Source: an uncultured virus (IMG/VR IMGVR_UViG_3300010885_008506) (taxonomy: Duplodnaviria > Heunggongvirae > Uroviricota > Caudoviricetes). Taken from it: DNA of 64,000 nt. The notes under the pieces were generated by a model. The model was not told the origin of the DNA. It was given only the letters and a program-made list of their open reading frames with translations, and ran no database searches. Location of the stretch: the IMG/VR virus record IMGVR_UViG_3300010885_008506, positions 1-64,000 of that record; one strand, 5' to 3'. Of this stretch, positions 48,424-58,000 are shown one piece after another (positions within the stretch are counted from its first letter, which is position 1; each line of letters begins with the position of its first letter). The position numbers and the translations under genes are program-made.

Positions 48424-49097
48424 AATCTTACAAAGTGATAGTCGCCGTCAACACCTAGACCACCGGACGAGAACATACCCGATACGTCAGTAAATCCAAT
48501 AGTTTTTAAATATTCCCGTACTTCGTTTACACTAGGTGCACCAATATTAAAATCTACATGTTGTAATTCTAAAACTAGATGTTTGCAGTGTTCTAACATC
48601 TTAGTTGCACCTTTGATAATATCTAGTTCTGCACCTTGCACATCCATCTTAATAAGATCAGGCAAGGGATATCCTTTGTTAGCAACTATAGTATCTAGAG
48701 TCATTGCTATCTTTGCAACAGCAGTGCTATCGGGGAATACACAGTTGCCAAATGTATGTGCTACATTTTCTTGATAGTATGAATTGCCACCTGGCTGTTC
48801 TACATTTTCGTAGAACTTAACTTCCTTGTTGTCTTGATCGGATAACACACCAATGTTATATTTGTATCCACTTTCTTGATATAAAAATTCTGCAGCTTCC
48901 ATACCGTCAAACAAGATATATTCTGCATTAGGCCAGACAGGCTTCATTGAGTTAGTCCAATGCATAACACACGCACCAATGTCGTATATTACTTTTGGTT
49001 CAAAATTTAGATCATCACGTAACTTTTTCAAGTAATCAACATGTGATTTTGGAAAAAGTTCTAATCGTTGTCCCAATTGTCTTAGATGATCTTTCAA
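48420..49097 (-). CDS. FkbM-family SAM-dependent methyltransferase
   Basis: IYDIGAC, TLDTIV, PDLIKMDVQGAELDIIKGA...LVLE. Confidence 0.85.
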   Translation of the reverse strand: MKDHLRQLGQRLELFPKSHVDYLKKLRDDLNFEPKVIYDIGACVMHWTNSMKPVWPNAEYILFDGMEAAEFLYQESGYKYNIGVLSDQDNKEVKFYENVEQPGGNSYYQENVAHTFGNCVFPDSTAVAKIAMTLDTIVANKGYPLPDLIKMDVQGAELDIIKGATKMLEHCKHLVLELQHVDFNIGAPSVNEVREYLKTIGFTDVSGMFSSGGLGVDGDYHFVRF

Positions 49098-52009
49098 GTC
49101 ATACTCTTTTTTTTAGTATCCACAGGAGCGTAACCGGTCATTAGCCCAACCTTAAACGTAAATGCTCCTAGATGGTCGCACTTAATACTAGTGTCTACGT
49201 ATATCCTGAATCCCTTGTTACGTGCTTTAGCACAGAAGTCGGTATCTTCGCTTATTGTATCCTTGTGATCTAGTGCAACATGATATTCAAATTGCGGATA
49301 TCCTACAGCACTAAATATCTCTCCCTTTGCCAACACACAACCAAATCCACATCCACCAATTTCAACAAGCGCATTATCGGGTAAATTTTGTAGTTCTGCA
49401 CGATTCATACCGCCCCATTGATTAGGTAGGTAGATTTCCAATGCATGTGTGCCCGGAATACGCTGTATATACAACCCGCTTACTATATCCACATTGTGGG
49501 ATAGCATTTTCTTTAGTGTGTCGGGCGGGAATACGATATCGCTATCAACTGAGAACAGATAGTCGTAGTTTGCGGCCCAACTTGCGATTAGATTTCTTAC
49601 CTGATCCACACGGTATCCAAACGTATATCTAAATTCTGTTTCATATCCATCTGGTATTTCAAGATCGTAAATGCTCTTGAACGTATCTACTTCAATATTA
49701 CGTGCTGTTGGAATAGCAATCAGAATCTTCTTCTTTTTTGAAGTAGGTAATACAGTATTGCTAGCCGTTGGCATAGTTATAGTAGTAGTAGGAACTACTG
49801 GAGGCGTAATAGCAAGAGAAGGTGTTGCGGTTGGGTTAGTGAGCGATACACCTAGTTCTCTGAGAATTTCTAATGCTGGTTTCCTCGCCTCAGTTCGTGG
49901 CGGCGGGTTTGCCGGCGGCAATTCTGGTATCGTAAACATTGGTCCGTCTTTCATTTTAATAATGTTCCTTGCATTTCTTGTTTGCTCGTCGCCGTTGATC
50001 TTGTAGTCGTTAAGTGGACTAGCATCATTATAATTATAAACAACTCTAGACACAACCGTAATTTTGTCTGGATCGGCTTGTTCTAGTACAGAGTAGAAAA
50101 TAGAGCCGTCACCGCCAGCCTTAAACCAATTACCATCTGCATCTTTAAACATCTTGTCGTCCACAGCATTGAGTAGACGCTTTCTGAAAGTACGTAAATG
50201 GGTGTAGGGCATGATCCAATTGAAATGATGATTGCGATAGTTTTTGGTATCACGCACATGTTTTGGATATGGTTGCGATATCAACGGAATGTTATCAACT
50301 ATACTCCAGCACGACCCATAACTAAATTCTGTGCCTTCGTGATAGATATTATTATAGTAGTGGAATATGTCGGGATCGTTAACTAACCAGTCGTCGCCAT
50401 CTAGGATCATAACTATATCGTCATCTCCAAGATGTTCTCTAATAGCTGATACCTGATTGCATACAGCACCAACATTTGTTTCACTTTCTATTAGAGTAAA
50501 CCTACCGTCTAATTCGTCTGGTAAGTCCTTCATTACATCCATGATAACATCGACACTATTGTCGGTTGATGCATCATTGATCAAGTACAGATGATAGTTA
50601 TCGTAGTTCTGCTGGGCAACACTTTCAATACACTTGCGCAGATAATTTGCTGCATTATAAAATGTGCTAATAACTGCAATGCGTTGTTGTACGCCACGTG
50701 TTGGAGTGCCCCACTCTTCGTTGTTACTAAATCTACGTCCAAACACTTGATGTACTTTAGCATTAATATCTGCAGCTCTGCGGTAGTCTGTTACTGGTAA
50801 GAATTGATTTAGCTTCTTATAAAAATGCTGCTTCCACTGTACTGCAACAGTATCCCATGTACAGATATCGCGTATCTGATTACATGCATACATCTTTTGC
50901 TGATGTAGGTATGTGTTGCGGTATGCATTTATAGTCATTTCCGCAAACTTCTGAGACTGTGTTTCCGGATTGATCTCGGGGAATAGTCCGTTTGGCTCTA
51001 CGGCATAGTCTAGCTGATAGCAAGCTAGGTTAACAGCAGTTTCTTCCAGTGCACCAAAACGACTGCAAAGTACTGGAGTATTGTAGTATAAGGATTCTAA
51101 AGTGGAAATGCCAAACGTTTCGGGAAACGCACCAGGCATGATCATAAAGCTTGCACGACTGAGCAACTCTGCAATTTCGCTTTGCTTGATAATACCAGTA
51201 AACTCTACCGCTAACTGCGCATACAATGGATTAGCTGCATACTCGCGTAGCTTCTTTTCCTGTGCATCGGGTTCTGCATTATCTCTGAAACGATAGTATC
51301 CCCCTACTACTTTGAGCTGTGCATCGGGAATGTTAGCTTTAACTTGTGGCCAAATACGATCTAGTAATGGGACAAGTCCCTTGGTTACGCTAGCATTGTA
51401 CACAAAAAGATTGCGGTCTTTGGCAGCAACATCTACTTGATCAATATATTTTGTCATACCATTACGTGTAACAAATACCTTGTTCTTGAGTACTTCAAAG
51501 TTACGACGCTTACCGCCGTGGTGGCAGTTAGTGACATACGCTGTGTGGAAGTCGCTCAGAGTAAAGATCTCATCGATTTGCCTATTCAACAGCAGATCTT
51601 CTAGTATCTCGTCCCCGCCGCAGAACGTGTCGTGCATCCACAACACTTTATGTTTGGCATTTTTAACCAGCTGCTGATATCTTTTGCAATGATATCCAAA
51701 CTGCGCCCAGTGTGCCCAATGATGTTCTAATGAGAAAGGAACAACAGTACGCGACCCAATCACAATGTCCGCAGTATAATCATTTGGTACATCAAGTCGA
51801 GTATGATCTACATATGTCACACCGTCAAACACACCTTCCTGCGCATGAGAATCTATGCAGTTGTTGAATACCGTGACTTTAAATCCTAGCTTTGCAAGCT
51901 CTTTGGATATCAAAATTACAGCACTTTCACTACCGCCTAACCCGCGTTTGCTTAACGTATTACCATCATAGGTAAGTCCAAGCACGTCAATTATTGCTAC
52001 AGATAACAT
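49094..52009 (-). CDS. Multidomain glycosyltransferase (GT-B/GT4-like plus two GT-A/GT2-like domains)
   Basis: GLGGSE...ETFGISTLES (GT4-like); STFYNAANYLRKCIESV...NDASTD...LDGDD (GT2); Pro/Thr linker; ILIAIP...SVDSDI...GFGCVL...SEDTDFC (second GT-A). Confidence 0.85.
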   Translation of the reverse strand: MLSVAIIDVLGLTYDGNTLSKRGLGGSESAVILISKELAKLGFKVTVFNNCIDSHAQEGVFDGVTYVDHTRLDVPNDYTADIVIGSRTVVPFSLEHHWAHWAQFGYHCKRYQQLVKNAKHKVLWMHDTFCGGDEILEDLLLNRQIDEIFTLSDFHTAYVTNCHHGGKRRNFEVLKNKVFVTRNGMTKYIDQVDVAAKDRNLFVYNASVTKGLVPLLDRIWPQVKANIPDAQLKVVGGYYRFRDNAEPDAQEKKLREYAANPLYAQLAVEFTGIIKQSEIAELLSRASFMIMPGAFPETFGISTLESLYYNTPVLCSRFGALEETAVNLACYQLDYAVEPNGLFPEINPETQSQKFAEMTINAYRNTYLHQQKMYACNQIRDICTWDTVAVQWKQHFYKKLNQFLPVTDYRRAADINAKVHQVFGRRFSNNEEWGTPTRGVQQRIAVISTFYNAANYLRKCIESVAQQNYDNYHLYLINDASTDNSVDVIMDVMKDLPDELDGRFTLIESETNVGAVCNQVSAIREHLGDDDIVMILDGDDWLVNDPDIFHYYNNIYHEGTEFSYGSCWSIVDNIPLISQPYPKHVRDTKNYRNHHFNWIMPYTHLRTFRKRLLNAVDDKMFKDADGNWFKAGGDGSIFYSVLEQADPDKITVVSRVVYNYNDASPLNDYKINGDEQTRNARNIIKMKDGPMFTIPELPPANPPPRTEARKPALEILRELGVSLTNPTATPSLAITPPVVPTTTITMPTASNTVLPTSKKKKILIAIPTARNIEVDTFKSIYDLEIPDGYETEFRYTFGYRVDQVRNLIASWAANYDYLFSVDSDIVFPPDTLKKMLSHNVDIVSGLYIQRIPGTHALEIYLPNQWGGMNRAELQNLPDNALVEIGGCGFGCVLAKGEIFSAVGYPQFEYHVALDHKDTISEDTDFCAKARNKGFRIYVDTSIKCDHLGAFTFKVGLMTGYAPVDTKKKSMT

Positions 52010-52094
52010 ATAGTCCTTTTAAAATTTAGAGCTAAATACGATACTAATACTTATTTTTCATCTCCGTACAGAGAAAAATTTCGTAGGGAACGCT

Positions 52095-55000
52095 ATGGCT
52101 ACTTTTAACTTAATTCAGATGAAGCGCAGTGCAACTCCGGGAAAAGTCCCCACAACACAGGACTTATCGCTGGGAGAATTTGGTATAAACACTTACGATG
52201 GTAAGGTTTTTATCAAAAAGGACGACGGTACGCCTAGTATCGTTGAAGTTGGCGTCAGAGGCGCCACTGCAGTTCAAAATGTATTTTATGTAAGTAAAAG
52301 TGGTAATGATGCAAACGACGGAAAGAGCCTAGATAAGTCCAAACTTACAATTAAGTCTGCTGTAGCAGCAACTCGCGCATTAGTTGCAACTGCAACTGCG
52401 ACCGTAGCCAATGGGTCAATTACTGCATTATATGTAACAAATCCAGGCGCCGGGTATGAATTACCCTTAATCCCAACCGTCACAATCTTTGGCGACGGTA
52501 CCGGAGCAAGAGCAGTACCTATTATCAGTAGCGGATCAGTTATAGGTTTTACAATACTAGATAGAGGTATTGACTACACTTACGCCGATGTATACATAAC
52601 ACCGGCTGGCGCAGGACGCACTGGTGCAGGCTCAACCATATTTGTCAAGAGCGGCGACTATACAGAAGATAATCCAATTTACATCCCAGCCGGAGTAAGC
52701 ATTGTTGGCGACAGTTTGCGTTCGGTGACAATTCGTCCGCAAAACACAACGCTGGACTTGTTTTGGGTTAATAACAAGAGCTACTTTACTGAAATGACTT
52801 TCAGAGATCATAAGGCTCCGGCTGCAATTATCGCATTCCCCTCAGTTGACATTACTGGCATTGAAAATACCAATCCTGCCCGTGTAACGTTCTCGGGAGT
52901 ATTCATATATGACAGAGTTAAATGTTCACGTGACGTTGGACTTATTGTAGATGCTCTTGCACAAGACATTAAATTTCCTGGTCTAGATGGCACAAGCCAA
53001 AGCATGTTTGCTGGCTTGCAGTACTGGACACAAAGTGGATACAGTATTCCAAATGTGTACCCAACATCAGAAGTAACAGCAACACTGGGCGCACTTGCTC
53101 AACTTAAACTAGAAATTGCTGCGTTGCTTGGACCGGTGATGACTATAACTACGGACTCACTAGTTGACGTAATTATTAACATATTAAATGGTACAACAAA
53201 TCCTGCTACAGTCACGGATCTGATAGTACCAAACGGTACAACAGCAATTACAGCAACGGACGTTGTTAACGCATACGCTGACATACAAGCAGCAAAGACT
53301 ACAATTATAGATAATATTATTAACTGGATTAACACTGTTGGTGCTCCGGGCATAACTTACGACGAAGCCCTTTGTCGCAGAGACCTTGGTTATATCATTG
53401 ACAGTGTGTGCTACGACTTGTTGTACGGCGGCAACCGTCAAGTAATTCAAAATGGTATCTACTACTTGGGGTTCTCGGAAACGGACACAGCAATTCCAGG
53501 TGAGATTCCTCAGGTAACTGCTGCATATAACTATCTAAAGAGTATTGTTCCTTTGGTCATTGAAGGAACAGCAATTGCATCACCTCGTCAGACTAAGGTT
53601 GTACAAGTTACAACAGGTAGTAATGGCACCGTAACACAGTCTAATCTAGCAACTAGCAATATTGACATGATATTAGATATTATTAATACCGGACCAGCTG
53701 CATACGTAACTGCTGGAACACGTACACCAATTGGTCTAGTTGCAGCAAGCGGCAATGCTACCAATGCATATAACAAGTTAATAGCTAATAGAGATTTCCT
53801 ACGTGCAGAAGTAATTGCTTACATTGATCAGGAGACAATTTCGTTTGATCGTGCCAAGTGCTATCGTGACCTTGGACTCATTGTGGATTCTATTGCAACT
53901 GACGTGACATTCACCGATAGAACACAAACAACTTTTGCAGGTATCCAGTATTGGAGTCAGGCTGCACTAGCATCGTCTAGCGAAATAAATCCGGGTGAGA
54001 TTGCAGCTACAATTAACGCATATACATATCTTAAAGCAATTGCACTAGATATTATTCAAGACATATCAACACATGTTCTATATACACCGGTGTCGTATCC
54101 TCGAGTGACAGCAGCATCTATACCTACATCTGCAGTAACCGACCCTACAGTTATTTCTGCTATTAGTGACAATTTTGATCTGTTACTTGATATATTGACC
54201 GATGGCAATACCAATAACGTAACAGAGCGTATTATTTCAAGTGGTTTGATTATTGCAGGCAATACAACGCAGCAATATCATGCGGCATTACTCTTAAATG
54301 CTAACACAGATTTCTTTAAGGAACAAGTAACATTAAGAATTGCTAACCAATTCCCGTTGTTAGTATACAATACCGCTACTTGCGAGCGAGACGTACAATA
54401 TGTTACTAGTTGCATAAGCAGAGACAATCTATTTGGTGGCAATCGCCAGACTGTGCAAGCAGCAGTATACTATTATAGCTATCTAGCAGCTAGTACAGTA
54501 CCAACAGAAATACAGCAAATTGAAAAAGCTTACAAGTATATCAAGATATTAGCTAGCTACATTATACGTGGGCTACCAATGCCTTATGTATATCAAACTG
54601 GAGAATTACAAGACTTTGTAACTGCTTCCGGTGTTGGTACATTGACGCAAGTCACAGTGGCACAGAACCTAGTAGATTATATGTTGGGCATCATCAATGA
54701 TAAAACAACAGCAGATGCACCTGGATACGCCGGCATCTCAGAATTTAGTACAACGTATCGTCGTGCGGGCGAGCAATTACTAGCCAACAAAGAATTCATT
54801 AAGGCAGAAGTTGTTGCGTACCTAGAAGGATACACGTATAACCGTACAACATGTTCACGTGACACCGGACTCATTGTGGATGCGCTGGTACAAGACTTAT
54901 TGTTTGATGGCGATAGCCAATCAACATTTGCAGCAATCCAGTACTGGAGTCAGACAGCAGAACGTTCAATCCCAGCAGGAGAGATTGCAGCAACAGTAGC

Positions 55001-58000
55001 GGCAATTGACTTTGTTATCACTCAGACTAATGCATTGTCTATTAGAACAGCAGACAAGACTAATATTGAAAATGGTTTTGACTTAATAAGAAATCTATTG
55101 GATGAAACTGTTAACGTAGCAACAATCACCAGCGGCATAGTTCCTAACAGTATTGAACCTGATCGCGATGCGCAAGCTGCGTATGATGCGCTACAAGCAG
55201 CCAAAGCAACAATCATTGACGATACGATTGCAGACATTGCAGGTACGTTCCCGTCATTTGATCAACCAATTACGGGCGCAACTGCAGCAAGTCCTGTTGT
55301 ACTAACTATTACAGGTCACGCCTTTGCAGATGGTGACTCCATTAGAATCAACAACATTGAAGGCATGGTTGAGCTAAACGGCAATCGTTACTACACTAAG
55401 AACACTGGCGCAAATACCGTAGAGCTATACTTAGATGCTACATTGCTAACTGCTCTAGACGGTACAGGATTTACAGCGTACGAGACAGGCGGTTATGCAG
55501 ATACACAGACTGCAGCGAAATGCCGCAGAGATTTGGGCTACATGATTGACAGTGTTAGCTTTGATTTGTTGTATAACGCTGACCCAACTAACACTGTTCA
55601 GTCTAACAGACAAGCAGTACAATCAGGCGTTTACTATTGGAATCACTCAACTACTGTAAGCATAGTACCTGGCGAAAAACCAATTGTAACAGCAGCATAC
55701 GATTACATCAAGACATTGTCGTCGTACATTGTTGAAGGACGCGAGGTTCCAACAGTATACGGTACAGTGCCACAAGTGATGCCAGAGGGGCCAATGGCAA
55801 TTGGTACAACACAAGACGTTAACAAGATTACTGACAAGCTTGACCTGATGATTAACATTATCAATGCAGGCCCAAGTGTTGCACCAAATCCAGAACCAAT
55901 TAGCCTAGCACGTATCGGTTCATTTAATTACAACCGCACCAAGTGCTCACGTGACTTAGGACTGATCGTAGACGCCATTGCACAGGACATTAAATTCCCA
56001 GGCACCAGCGGCGACAGTCAAACAGTGTTTGCTGGCCTGCAATACTGGACACAGAACGACGGGTATAGTATTTCAAACATTGCACCAAGTGCAGAAGTTG
56101 CAGCAACAGTTGGTGCACTAGTGCAGTTGAAAGCGCAAATCACTGCAGTTGCTGCAGCTACATCTGCTACAACAGATGAACTAATTGATCTTATCATAAA
56201 CATTATCAATAGAATTATCGATCCAGCTGATGTTACCGATTTGATTATACCAAACGATGCGATCGCTAACACCGGAGCAATAGCTACAGCCTACGCAGCA
56301 ATACAATCGGCCAAGACAACAATTCGCGCCAACATAGTTACTTGGGTTAACACTAACTATCCAGCATTAGTATATAACTCTACAACTTGTAGTCGAGACG
56401 TTGGTTTTATAATTGACAGCGTATGCTATGACTTGTTGTATAACGGCAACCGTCAGGCAATTCAAAGCGGTATCTACTATCTAGGCTTCTCGTCAACTGA
56501 TAGTGCAGTGGCAGGTGAAATACCACAGGTAACTGCCGCTTACACCTATCTAAAGAGCATACTGCCTTCTATCATTGAAGGGACACCATTGGCTACAACA
56601 TATCAAACAGACGTAGCACAAGTTACATCGGGTAGCAGCGGTACACCAACACAGTCTACACTTGCAGCCGACGCAGTAGATATCATACTAGACATTATTA
56701 ATAATGGTCCTGGTACATACCTTGACGCTGGCACACGTACTCCAATTGGTCTAGTTGCCGCTGGCGGTAATGCTAATAACACTTATACACGGTTGCAAGC
56801 TAATAGAGACTTTATCCGTGCAGAAGTAATTGCTTACATTGATACTACAGTTGTAACGTACGATCATCTCAAGTGCTCACGCGACCTTGGGTTGATCGTT
56901 GACGCACTAGCACAAGACTTGAAGTTCCCAGGACTAGACGGCAACAGCCAAAGCATGTTTGCTGGCTTGCAGTACTGGACTCAAGCAGATGGTTATAGTG
57001 TTCCTGATGGATCTCCTAGCGAGAAGGCCGCTACACTTGATGCACTAGCATATCTCAAGTCGCAGGTTGCAGGATTGGCTGGTGTAACAATTGATTCAAC
57101 TACAAATGCACTATTTGACACTATCATCGATATACTAGATGGTACAACACCTCCGGCTAGCGTAACTGATCTGATTGTACCAAACGGAACAACAGCAAGT
57201 GTTGTTACTGCAGTAACTGATGCATATGCTGCAATTCAAACAGCAAAAGCAACACTACCTGCTGCTACAGTTGCATACATACAAGGACTACCTGCGTACT
57301 CGGGTCTAGTATTTGATACAGGATTGTGCGAGCGCGACGTTGGTTACATATTAGACAGTATTTCATATGACGTACTGTATGGCGGTAATCGTCAGGCAAT
57401 ACAAAGCGGTATCTACTATCTAAACTTCTCAAGTACAGTGACTGCAATTCCAAACGAAGTACCGCAGGTAACTGCTGCGTATGAATACTTGAAGTCAATT
57501 ATCCCATCTATTGTTACAGGTACACCGGTTGCAACACTATATCAAACAGAAGTTGCACAGGTAATCTCAGGTAGCAGTGGTGCAGGTGCAGCAGCATCCG
57601 TACAGGCAAATGTTGATTTGATATTGGATATCATTATCAACGGACCAAACGCTTATATTACTCCAGGTACAAGAACACCAATTGGACTAGTAGCAGAAAC
57701 AAACGCAACTATACTGAATGCCTATAACAAGTTGGTAGCAAATCGTAGTTTCTTACGTGCAGAAATCATTGCGTATATTGACTATGTACTACAGCAGAAG
57801 TATCAAACAACAGCTAACGCTGCATATCTACTAAACGCTAACCGTGCGTTCATTGTATCAGAGCTAATTGGATTTACGGACGAAAACTACGCAATACAGC
57901 ACCCATACTCGAGCGGAGATACTATTTCTATTCGTCAGGTTGTTGGTATGACAGAAGTCAATAACGGTTATATACATCAGATCACCAATGCAACCAACAC

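Noticed and set aside
52995..56980. Diversity-generating retroelement TR/VR pair
   Set aside because: The repeats are in-frame coding duplications without adenine-specific differences, and no reverse transcriptase is present in the window.
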